From contig CAYPQU010000001.1 in NCBI GenBank assembly GCA_964412965.1, forward strand, positions 91,771-144,550: a DNA stretch of 52,780 nucleotides. The letters are read 5' to 3'. The DNA comes from an uncultured Candidatus Saccharibacteria bacterium. GTDB lineage: Bacteria > Patescibacteriota > Minisyncoccia > Phycocordibacterales > UBA9973. Below are positions 1 to 8,337 of this stretch, in pieces. The first letter of the stretch is position 1, and each line of letters begins with the position of its first letter. The notes under the pieces are model-generated. The model was not told the DNA's origin and did not search any database. It saw nothing but the letters and a program-made list of their open reading frames with translations. The translations under genes were made by a program, and so were the position numbers.

Positions 1-94
1 AGCTACGGGCGGATAATGAAACAAAACTTTACCAACCTTTGTGCTGTATATTAGCTTTAGACCTACCAAAACAGCTACGGGCGGATAATGAAAC
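1..94 (-). CRISPR. Terminal end of a probable CRISPR array: one partial repeat (1-22), one ~35-nt spacer and one full ~37-nt repeat (about 58-94); continues off the left edge
   Basis: AGCTACGGGCGGATAATGAAAC(AAAA) occurs at 1 and 73 (72-bp period) with unique sequence between. The reverse complement of 58-94 is GTTTCATTATCCGCCCGTAGCTGTTTTGGTAGGTCTA (GTTTC start, weakly palindromic). AT-rich non-coding DNA follows. Only ~1.6 copies are visible, so the left repeat boundary is uncertain. Confidence 0.6.
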
Positions 95-413
95 AAAAAA
101 AACAACACAATTTAATTAACCCTTATAAATTATCACAATTTGTAATTAAAATCAACAAGTTCCAATGTACAACCTTTTAATTATCATTTTTGATTGCAAT
201 AAAATACCAGTAATGGTATAATGTATTTAAGAGTAATTTGTAACAAAAATCTTCGAGTACGTTCCCCCGACGATAATAGGGTAAAAAAATAAATCGAGAA
301 GATTTAAACACAAACAACAGTACATTATATATTTTGTCCAAAAGGGCATGTTCTTTCATCAAAAATTAAGCAAGGGCTTAGGAGCCATTTCTCAAAGAAT
401 TGAGAGCTGACTC

Positions 414-1067
414 CTAGGCCTTTTCTTTTTGTTTTTTATCTAGAGAAGAAAGAATGAATTGCTCTAGCCCTACAGAAAAATCCTTTTTGCCCAAATGGGA
501 ATCGTGATACAAAGAAATTAAATTACTTGAAATTATTTTTAGTTCACTACTAGTAAAATATTTATTCTGATGAGTTACGATTGTTTTTATTTTCCAAAAA
601 AGAATACCTGCTATTTCTTCAGGTGAGACCCCTTTTGAGATAACGTCTTTATACAACAACCATGATTTAAATTTATTTCTAACAGCAAAACTATCTGCAA
701 TCGCAAAATTATTTATTGATTTGTCTTTATTTGTTTTTTTATCTTCATTAAAAGACTCTATTGTGGCAAATTTTTTAAATTTATTAATATCAGAAACCAG
801 TATTTTATCTTCTGTTATTATAAAAATATTTTCAGACTTAGACAAAACTTCTAATTCGTCTTTGGTAAATTCGATACCACTCTTGCTTAAATCTTCTAAG
901 AGAAAAACAGAAATCTCTCCAAAAAGACTTTGAGATGAAGCAAAAGACATCACGCTTTCTTTTGTTAAATCTTCTGAATCAAAAACAGTTAATGGAAGAC
1001 CCTTTGATGCATTTTTTATGCTTGCGTTCTTTTTTTTATTATCATTACCAGAAACTAGGTAAATCAT
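414..1067 (-). CDS. holA: Short DNA polymerase III delta subunit (HolA)-like protein
   Basis: N-terminal MIYLVSG.., SQSLFG motif and C-terminal FAIADSF..RNK...W / K.DF..GLEQFIL helical region typical of HolA; only 217 aa. Confidence 0.6.
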   Translation of the reverse strand: MIYLVSGNDNKKKNASIKNASKGLPLTVFDSEDLTKESVMSFASSQSLFGEISVFLLEDLSKSGIEFTKDELEVLSKSENIFIITEDKILVSDINKFKKFATIESFNEDKKTNKDKSINNFAIADSFAVRNKFKSWLLYKDVISKGVSPEEIAGILFWKIKTIVTHQNKYFTSSELKIISSNLISLYHDSHLGKKDFSVGLEQFILSSLDKKQKEKA

Positions 1068-1068
1068 A

Positions 1069-1551
1069 CTACATTCTTACTTTTTTCTTATAGTCTAAAT
1101 AAATCTGACCATATTTTTCTTCTAGTGTTTCTTCTTCTTTTTTTACAAAAGTTAATTTAACTATGAGATACGTAATTAAAATAAGAAGAACAGAGAAAGT
1201 AGATCTTATCACGATTCCAAAACCTAAAACCATAAAAAATACTCCAAGATATGTTGGATGTCTAAAGTATTTATATGGACCATACATAAAACCTTCAACA
1301 CTACTATTTTCTGGTTTAATTTTACTTGCATTAAAAGAAGCTTTTTGAGCTAAATAAATTAGCAATGTTCCAAAAAAAATAATACCAGTACCTATATAAG
1401 AGTGCTCAAAATTAGCCAATAATTCCAATTTTAATATCTCATCAAGTAAAACACCAAGAATCATGGAAACAAAAAAAACAGCATACACATAAACAAGCAT
1501 TGCGTGTATTGTGTTTTTATTTCCATCTTTTTTGTTTAAAAAATTAACCAT
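1069..1551 (-). CDS. Isoprenylcysteine carboxyl methyltransferase (ICMT/PEMT) family membrane protein
   Basis: Four hydrophobic segments, GPYKYFRHPTYLG and EEETLEEKYGQIYLDYKKKV motifs. Confidence 0.85.
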   Translation of the reverse strand: MVNFLNKKDGNKNTIHAMLVYVYAVFFVSMILGVLLDEILKLELLANFEHSYIGTGIIFFGTLLIYLAQKASFNASKIKPENSSVEGFMYGPYKYFRHPTYLGVFFMVLGFGIVIRSTFSVLLILITYLIVKLTFVKKEEETLEEKYGQIYLDYKKKVRM

Positions 1552-1585
1552 AAATAAATAATATCACCTTGAAAAAAATTTGCTA

Positions 1586-4006
1586 CTATTTCAAGTCTCC
1601 CCAATTTTTACCAATCGAGACTGAAACAACTAGGGGAACATTTTCTTTGTCACCCAAAAACTCCTTAGGAATAATATTTTCTAATGATTTTTTAATTACA
1701 GAAGATACCTCTTTACAATATTCATCCTTCACTTCATAAATTAATTCATCATGAACTTGTAAAATAAGATCTGCTTTGTCTAATAGATTATTCCTGGAAA
1801 GAGTTTCTTCTGCCTTTTTCATTCCTATTTTTATGATATCCGCCGTTGCTGTACCTTGAATTGGAGCGTTAATGGCCATTCTTTCTGCCATTGCGCGAAT
1901 AAAAGGGATTGGAGATTTGATTGTCGGAAAGTATCTTTTTCTTCCAAATAAAGTTTCGGTATAGCCATGTTTTTTTGCGAAAATTTTTATACTTTCTAAA
2001 TATGATGCTATCTGAGGAAATTGCATAAAATAGTTGTCGTAGAAATTTTGGGCCTCTTGTCTTCCAACTTCTGCTTTTTGACCAGTCTCAAAATCTTCAG
2101 TTAAGAGATTTTGTCTAAGAGCATTAACCCCCATTCCATAAAGAATTCCAAAATTAATAATTTTCGCTCGTCTTCGCATTTCTTTTGTTAAACCATTTTC
2201 ATCTACGCCAAAAACCTTCATGGCGACAGCTTGATGAATATCTTTTCCTTCTTTAAATGATTTTATAAAATAAGAATCCTGAGATAAAAGAGCTGCTATT
2301 CTTAATTCGATTTGTGAATAATCAAAAGATACCAGAGAATGACCTTCCTTTGAGATAAAAGCATTTCGAATACTTTTGCCCCGCTCTGACCGGGTTGGAA
2401 TATTCTGGAGGTTAGGATTATTTGAAGCAAAACGCCCAGTAGTCGTCCCTGTTTGTATAAAACTAGCATGTAACCGCCCATCTTTACCAACTAAGGCAGG
2501 AATTGTGTCTATGTAAGTCGATAGAAGTTTTTGCAATTCTCTATGTTTTAATATTTCTCTAATTACAGGATGACTGTCAACAAGCTTCTCTAGCTCGCTC
2601 TCTCTGGTTGATATTGACCCTCCTGCACTTTTTTTAATACCTTTAGTAGAAATTCCTAATTTACCAAAAATTATTTCTCCAATTTGCTTAGGAGAATTAA
2701 TATTGAATTCTTGACCAACTAATTTAAAAATTCTATTTTCTATTTTTTTTAATTCTATGTGATACTCTTCGCTTATTTTTTTAAAATATTTTAAATCTAT
2801 CAATATTCCGTTTTTTTTCATTTTGTCTATTATTGGGATGATTGGAATTTCTATGTTTTGATAAACATACTCAAGTTTCTCTTTTTTTATGTCCTCTTCC
2901 AGCCTGATCATTGCCTCTTTGAAATTACGGCTTCCATTATAATGAACAATTTCGTCAATGTCAGGATTAGTCCTTTCTGAGTTTAGTAGCCAGTAAGCTA
3001 TTTTAGCTTTTTCTACTTCAGTCTTATCTTCTAAGTGATTTTCATCATTAGTCTCTTCTTTTTTATTATCAATTTCTCCGTCAAAAAGCTTCAAAAAACG
3101 CTCCTGCAAACTTCTAAATTCTAACTCTCTAAAAAGATTGGCAACTTTTTCTTTGTTTACTTCTTTAATCCAACTTTCTTTGGGAATATTAAATTTAATC
3201 GGAGCGTCTAACCTAATTGTAGCTAGCGTCTTTGAAAATAGGGCTTCATCTTCTCCTTCTTTTAAAAGACCAAGGATTCTTTCAGTTATTCCAATTTCTT
3301 TAAAATGTGATTCATTTTTTTTAATATTTTTATAAATATTTTCGATCGTTGAATATTTTGAAATTAAATTTGTCGCTGTTTTTTCTCCTATGCCTTTTAT
3401 CCCGATAATATTATCTGATGGGTCCCCCCTTAGTCCCTTGTAGTCAGGTAAAAAAGATGGGGCAAAACCAAATCTTTCAAAAACCTTTTTCTCGTCATAT
3501 AAAATTGTGTCATTTATACCCTTCTTTAGGGTGTAAACATAAACAAAGTCTTGTTTAATTAGTTGAAGAGTATCCATGTCTCCAGAAGCGATAATGATTT
3601 CATATTTGTCTTTCTGGTTCTTTAATTGTTCCGTGATTGTCCCCAGTAAATCATCGGCTTCAAATCCTTCACATTCATAAATTGGAATCGAGAATGTTCT
3701 AAAAAAATCTCTGGCTCGAGTAAGCTGAAAAATTAAAGCGTCATCTGCTTTGGCTCGTCCAGCTTTATAATTTTCATAAGCTTCATGTCGAAAAGTTTTT
3801 TTGGGTAAATCAAAACACGCGATCACATAATCTGGCTTTAGCTCTGTGATAATCTTGAATAACATTGTGGCCAAACCATAAATAGCACCGGTTGGCTCTC
3901 CTTGTGAATTATTAAAATCGGGCAATGCATGATAAGCACGGTGAATAATCGCATGAGAATCAAGCAGAATAATCTTTTTTTTGCTTTCAAGATTGGCTTT
4001 TGGCAT
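1586..4006 (-). CDS. polA: DNA polymerase I (5'-3' exonuclease plus polymerase; proofreading domain largely absent)
   Basis: LLDSHAIIHRAYHALP, EADDLLGT, GDPSDNIIG, TGRFASNNPNLQNIP, DYSQIELR, AKIINFGILYG, LQVHDEL. Confidence 0.97.
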   Translation of the reverse strand: MPKANLESKKKIILLDSHAIIHRAYHALPDFNNSQGEPTGAIYGLATMLFKIITELKPDYVIACFDLPKKTFRHEAYENYKAGRAKADDALIFQLTRARDFFRTFSIPIYECEGFEADDLLGTITEQLKNQKDKYEIIIASGDMDTLQLIKQDFVYVYTLKKGINDTILYDEKKVFERFGFAPSFLPDYKGLRGDPSDNIIGIKGIGEKTATNLISKYSTIENIYKNIKKNESHFKEIGITERILGLLKEGEDEALFSKTLATIRLDAPIKFNIPKESWIKEVNKEKVANLFRELEFRSLQERFLKLFDGEIDNKKEETNDENHLEDKTEVEKAKIAYWLLNSERTNPDIDEIVHYNGSRNFKEAMIRLEEDIKKEKLEYVYQNIEIPIIPIIDKMKKNGILIDLKYFKKISEEYHIELKKIENRIFKLVGQEFNINSPKQIGEIIFGKLGISTKGIKKSAGGSISTRESELEKLVDSHPVIREILKHRELQKLLSTYIDTIPALVGKDGRLHASFIQTGTTTGRFASNNPNLQNIPTRSERGKSIRNAFISKEGHSLVSFDYSQIELRIAALLSQDSYFIKSFKEGKDIHQAVAMKVFGVDENGLTKEMRRRAKIINFGILYGMGVNALRQNLLTEDFETGQKAEVGRQEAQNFYDNYFMQFPQIASYLESIKIFAKKHGYTETLFGRKRYFPTIKSPIPFIRAMAERMAINAPIQGTATADIIKIGMKKAEETLSRNNLLDKADLILQVHDELIYEVKDEYCKEVSSVIKKSLENIIPKEFLGDKENVPLVVSVSIGKNWGDLK

Positions 4007-4038
4007 ATAATAATTATATCACAAAAAAACCTTGTATT

Positions 4039-4485
4039 TTAATACTCAAAAATCCGAGTCTCTTCGTCTACGTGCTTTAAATAAATATAGTGAGTTTTTG
4101 AATCAAGACAATCTTTTACATTTTCAGGCCATTCAATAATGATAAGATTTTCTTTATTTTCATAAAGATTATTCCATCCAATTTTTTCTAATTCTTTATA
4201 CCCTTCTAACCTATAGGCATCTATGTGTACGAGTCTTTTTACTTCTTTAAGGACCTCGTTCTTAGGATTTGTTCTGTATATCTTCATAATCACAAAAGTA
4301 GGAGAAACAACTGAATTTTTTATACCTAGTTCTTTTGATATTTCTTGGGTCAATGTAGTCTTGCCTGCTCCAAGGCCTCCTGACATCGCAATAATTCTAG
4401 CCTTATCGGTTTTAATCTTTGAAATCTTCAAGAGCAATTCTTTTGCTACTTCATTAATATCAGATTTTTTAATTTTTCTTTTCAT
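4039..4485 (-). CDS. tsaE: tRNA threonylcarbamoyladenosine biosynthesis ATPase TsaE
   Basis: GGLGAGKTT, VVSPTFVIMKIY, HIDAYRL, IIEWPE. Start moved from 4503 to 4485 (MKRKIKK), which has an extended -10 just upstream. Confidence 0.93.
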   Translation of the reverse strand: MKRKIKKSDINEVAKELLLKISKIKTDKARIIAMSGGLGAGKTTLTQEISKELGIKNSVVSPTFVIMKIYRTNPKNEVLKEVKRLVHIDAYRLEGYKELEKIGWNNLYENKENLIIIEWPENVKDCLDSKTHYIYLKHVDEETRIFEY

Positions 4486-4500
4486 ACCTCTACATATTAA

Positions 4501-4526
4501 CATACCTCGACCAATGTCGAGGTGTG
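4501..4526. terminator. Hairpin/terminator downstream of the 921-aa gene
   Basis: CATACCTCGA-CCAATG-TCGAGGTGTG inverted repeat. Confidence 0.6.
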
Positions 4527-4543
4527 TTAATATATTTTTATCT

Positions 4544-7309
4544 TTATTGATTTTTAGGTTCTTTGTTGTAATAAGTTCTTGCTATTAAAACAATCAATAA
4601 TATTAACAAGATTATAAACAACCATCCAACCAAACTTAGTCCTAAGAATCCTCCTTGGAAAGCTGTTGCTCCTAATAGGCTACCTGAGGCATCTCCTGGA
4701 TTATTCAGCACATAGGCCATTGCATTTTCTTGTGCTCCGTTAGTGTTGGTGTAAATCAAGATAGCTGTAGTTACAATCTGAGCTCTTGTAGAGTCTATTG
4801 AATTAACTCGTGCCAGGAAATAAATAATACCTTCTTCTTGTGAAGATAAGTCTTCTATTGGTACAGATAATATTCTATCGTCCATAGAATATGTTCCGGC
4901 TGAGTTGTTTGTTACAGTAATTCCTTCTGGAATATAAACCTGAACCATAGGATTTCGCAATGTTGACTTGCTAATGTTCTTGTAATAGACAGAATATTCT
5001 ACCACATCTCCTTTGTTTAGGGTTGCATATTTATTTTCTATTTCAAGCATTACAGGTGAGGCAGATCCAACTACAGTAGTACCCTGTGTAACTCTAGTAG
5101 TTGTAGAACCTGAGCTACCGCCAGTGCCAACAACAGAGTATCCTGGTGTTCTAAATACTTCTATCGCCCCTCGAGAAATTCCATTATTCCCACTGGCAAC
5201 CGCTTGGAAAAAATAAATCGTATTAGGGGCTAAACCAGAAACATATTCTGTAAAGTTTACACTTCCAGAAACAGTTTTAGCATTGGTTCTATTTCCCATA
5301 TTTACAGTTGTTCCATAATCAAAATAAACATTTTGAGAGCTAGAACTCGTGTTGGTTAGTAATCCGTTTAACGAGGCGCTACTTTGTGTTACATTTGTTG
5401 CAACAGTAGTGACAACACTGGTGTTGTATTCATAAATGTAATCTTGCCCAACATTAATTTTTAAAGTTTCAGTATCGTTATTTTTATCTCCATAAGCTCT
5501 AAGTATATATGTGGTTGTTGCCGATGGATAAACAATCTCACTTCCACTCTCTGGAACTCTTCCAATGTTTGATATAGTTAAATTTTTACAATTAGTAGTT
5601 CTCCATGTTAGTTTAGATAGTTCACCTTGGTCTATATAGGAATCGGAAGTTCTAAAACTATTAATTTTACAGCTATCACTGCTGGTGCTATCACTATTTC
5701 CTCCATCAACATAAATCCTTACAGAGTCTTTAACATATGAACCATTTGGATTATATGCTGTTAATGTATAAGTAATATCTCCGTCAGGATAAACTGTTTT
5801 TGATCCATCCTCTGAAACATTTCCAATATTTGAAATATTTACACGATCACAATTTGTGGTGTCCCATCTTAATTTTGTATAATCACCTTCTTCAATAGAA
5901 ATATTGGATGCAGAGAAGCTATCTATTCGACAATTATTTTTATTGTCTATCTGGTCATCTACATACACAGAGATTGTTCTTGAATCTATTGTTCCGTTTA
6001 CCCCTGCAGCTGATAATGTGTAAGACTTCGTGCTTGTTGGCCAAATTATCTGAGAACCATTTTTACTTAATCCGTAAGAACCAATACCACTGATTGAGAT
6101 ATTAGCACAATTTACTGTTGTCCAAGAAAGAAGAGATGAGTCTCCTTTTTTAATCGAGGAAGGATTTGCACTAAAAGAAGTTATTGTACATTCGTTATTG
6201 TCAACAACAATATCTGGTGTACAGTAATTACCATTCCAGTAGGAACCCGAAACACAAGAAGCTGATGCACTTGTTTGGTCTAGAAGCTTGCCGTTGTTGT
6301 ATAAGTAATAGGTTTTACTACCATTAGACAAACTAATAATTTTGTTTCCATTGTTACCATTTGCAACAGTGTTTCCATTAGATGTTACAGAGGAGGTATT
6401 TTCTGGATTTGTGGTTGTCCAAGAAAGATTCACAGAACAAGAACTATTTCCAGAAGAAATAATACAAGAAGATGGAGAGGTGTTAATGTCACCAGACATT
6501 TCATTTACAACCTGGTTAACATTTACTTTTGCATTAGAAGAGTCTTGATTTGAAGATCCAATAGCATTTAGAGTATAAATTGTAGTTGAAGAAGGATAAA
6601 CGATTTTGCTTCCAGAATAAGCAACAGTCCCAAGGCCTTCAATATTTACGGAATTGCAGTTAGTAGTTGTCCATGAAAGCTTTGAGGATTCCCCTTTGCT
6701 TATAGTAGAAGGAGTTGCGGTAAAATCAGTGATTGAGCAAGTTTTTGGTTCTACAACATTATTGCTAACCTTAAAACTAACAACCAAAGATCCTTGGGTT
6801 GCCCAACCTGGAGCAATTGATCCAATAGAAAGACCTCCGCTTAAAATTTCTGAACCATCCTGCCCATTTAATAGAGGTGTTAGGGTTTGACTTGTGTTTT
6901 CGGTATACCATTTAACAGAATCAAAGGTTAGTGATTGTTCTGGATTTGTTGTTATATAAACTGGTCCAAAAGAAAGATTCCCCTCACTTGAAGTAATGCT
7001 TCCAGTGAATCTATGATTTGTAGAGGTAGCAGTTCCTGCACTAAGGAAAACTTTTGTATTGTTGGCAATCCTCGTGCCTGTATTGTGATAATAAATTCGA
7101 ACACTAACAGTGTCTCCTGGATTTGCAGGAATATTGGTTCCTGTCCAACAAGGGTTGCTCCACCCCTCTTTTGTGGTTGCATTTGCAACATTAATAGACG
7201 GACAGTCGTTTGAAACTCCGTTCCAAGTAGAAGCAAAAACACCTTGCGCTAAAAACAAAGCTCCGAGCGCAAATATTCCGACTATTATTTTTTTTATATA
7301 TTTTTTCAT
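4544..7309 (-). CDS. Large surface protein: signal peptide, tandem Ig/PKD-like modules, FN3-like and DUF11-like domains, C-terminal TM anchor
   Basis: Signal peptide ending VFA; four C.I.SF.A....I..G....L.W.T.NC repeats plus one degenerate copy; TTVATNVTQSSASLNG (FN3-like); NKGDVVEYSVYYKN (DUF11-like); hydrophobic C-terminus followed by RTYYNKEPKNQ. Confidence 0.7.
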   Translation of the reverse strand: MKKYIKKIIVGIFALGALFLAQGVFASTWNGVSNDCPSINVANATTKEGWSNPCWTGTNIPANPGDTVSVRIYYHNTGTRIANNTKVFLSAGTATSTNHRFTGSITSSEGNLSFGPVYITTNPEQSLTFDSVKWYTENTSQTLTPLLNGQDGSEILSGGLSIGSIAPGWATQGSLVVSFKVSNNVVEPKTCSITDFTATPSTISKGESSKLSWTTTNCNSVNIEGLGTVAYSGSKIVYPSSTTIYTLNAIGSSNQDSSNAKVNVNQVVNEMSGDINTSPSSCIISSGNSSCSVNLSWTTTNPENTSSVTSNGNTVANGNNGNKIISLSNGSKTYYLYNNGKLLDQTSASASCVSGSYWNGNYCTPDIVVDNNECTITSFSANPSSIKKGDSSLLSWTTVNCANISISGIGSYGLSKNGSQIIWPTSTKSYTLSAAGVNGTIDSRTISVYVDDQIDNKNNCRIDSFSASNISIEEGDYTKLRWDTTNCDRVNISNIGNVSEDGSKTVYPDGDITYTLTAYNPNGSYVKDSVRIYVDGGNSDSTSSDSCKINSFRTSDSYIDQGELSKLTWRTTNCKNLTISNIGRVPESGSEIVYPSATTTYILRAYGDKNNDTETLKINVGQDYIYEYNTSVVTTVATNVTQSSASLNGLLTNTSSSSQNVYFDYGTTVNMGNRTNAKTVSGSVNFTEYVSGLAPNTIYFFQAVASGNNGISRGAIEVFRTPGYSVVGTGGSSGSTTTRVTQGTTVVGSASPVMLEIENKYATLNKGDVVEYSVYYKNISKSTLRNPMVQVYIPEGITVTNNSAGTYSMDDRILSVPIEDLSSQEEGIIYFLARVNSIDSTRAQIVTTAILIYTNTNGAQENAMAYVLNNPGDASGSLLGATAFQGGFLGLSLVGWLFIILLILLIVLIARTYYNKEPKNQ

Positions 7310-7435
7310 AATACTTTTTAGTTTTGTTTAAACTAATAAAAATCAACTTACAATTTTAAACCTTCAACCATTTGGTTAAAGACTTAAAAAAGTGGAGGAC
7401 TACCACTTTGTGATATTTTTGTCCTCCGTTTTTTA

Positions 7436-8137
7436 TTATAGTGGCGCTCCACCTGGACCACCACCTCCACCTAGGGGTGCACCACCTGGACCACCAGGGT
7501 TTGGTGGCGTAGTTGGTGCACCACCTGGACCACCGCTACTACCACCACTTGCAAGATAGTAAATTAGACCAGCTATGCTTACTCCGAGAGTTATTCCCCC
7601 AAATATTATCAAACCCGGGCTAATTTGTTTTTTAAATTTCTGGGGTTTAGGAACGATTTCTCTTGGTTCACTATTAATTTTTTCTTTGTAAACAATAATG
7701 GGTTTGGTTAAGAAAACAGTGTCCTTAACCTCTTTTTCAATAACCCTGTCTAGGATTTTCTCAACAACAATGACCCTTTTAACAGGACGGATATACTCTA
7801 TTTTGTTTCCACATTTAGCGGAATAAAAAACCCCGGATGAATCAGCATATACAATTTCTCCCTTAGGAAAAACTATGTAGTTGATATCCAGTCGATTGTG
7901 TTCCCCTTCAGCAAATCTTACATAGTACTCTTCTTCGAGTACATAAATATCATAACCTGAAGGACGATATCCGTAGTAAATGTCTCGGGCTTCTGGTCTT
8001 TTGGACCACATAGCTCCTTGTGTTATTTTCTCATATCCATCTGTGCGCACGACCCCATAAATTATTTCTTTATGAATTTGTGCAAAGACCTGAGTGCTCA
8101 CTATCGCAAGCAACACCAGAATAAAAAACTTTTTCAT
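7436..8137 (-). CDS. Hypothetical exported single-TM protein with Gly/Pro-rich cytoplasmic tail
   Basis: MKKFFILVLLAIVSTQVFA signal peptide (start 8137; ORF track start 8164), TM GLIIFGGITLGVSIAGLIYYL, three GGPGGAP repeats, own sigma70 promoter. Confidence 0.7.
   Translation of the reverse strand: MKKFFILVLLAIVSTQVFAQIHKEIIYGVVRTDGYEKITQGAMWSKRPEARDIYYGYRPSGYDIYVLEEEYYVRFAEGEHNRLDINYIVFPKGEIVYADSSGVFYSAKCGNKIEYIRPVKRVIVVEKILDRVIEKEVKDTVFLTKPIIVYKEKINSEPREIVPKPQKFKKQISPGLIIFGGITLGVSIAGLIYYLASGGSSGGPGGAPTTPPNPGGPGGAPLGGGGGPGGAPL
7476..7534. repeat. 20-bp identical direct repeats encoding GGPGGAP units
   Basis: GGTGCACCACCTGGACCACC at 7476 and 7515; a third degenerate copy near 7443. Confidence 0.85.
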
Positions 8138-8239
8138 TTTTTTGATTTTAATATTGTTATACACACCCCCAAAAAGGTTTGTTTTTATTCGTTTTTTAGG
8201 AGAATATACAACAACACTAAAATCAGACTATTTGCTTAA

Positions 8240-8268
8240 AAGATAGCATATTTAACACAAAAAGTCAA
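8240..8268 (-). promoter_or_regulatory. Sigma70-type promoter for the 7436-8137 gene
   Basis: TTGACT-17 nt-TATCTT with extended TG on the minus strand; adjacent tandem GTCAATACCT x2 (8264-8283). Confidence 0.6.
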
Positions 8269-8337
8269 TACCTGTCAATACCTCTTTTGTCCTTATTTTA
8301 TTAGCTTTTATTAGGCCAATAATATATAATAAAACAT

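Noticed and set aside
23-57. Self-targeting by the visible spacer
   Set aside because: No match noticed elsewhere in the window by eye; needs a BLAST search to exclude
177-362. 61-aa minus-strand ORF next to the CRISPR repeats
   Set aside because: No recognisable motif, atypical composition, and it lies in the AT-rich leader-like region; not a Cas2-like sequence
7389-7427. Two mutually exclusive hairpins (AAAGTGG/CCACTTT and GGAGGAC/GTCCTCC) as an attenuator for the 921-aa gene
   Set aside because: On the minus strand both alternatives end in the same U-run, so either acts as a terminator; no antiterminator or leader peptide evident
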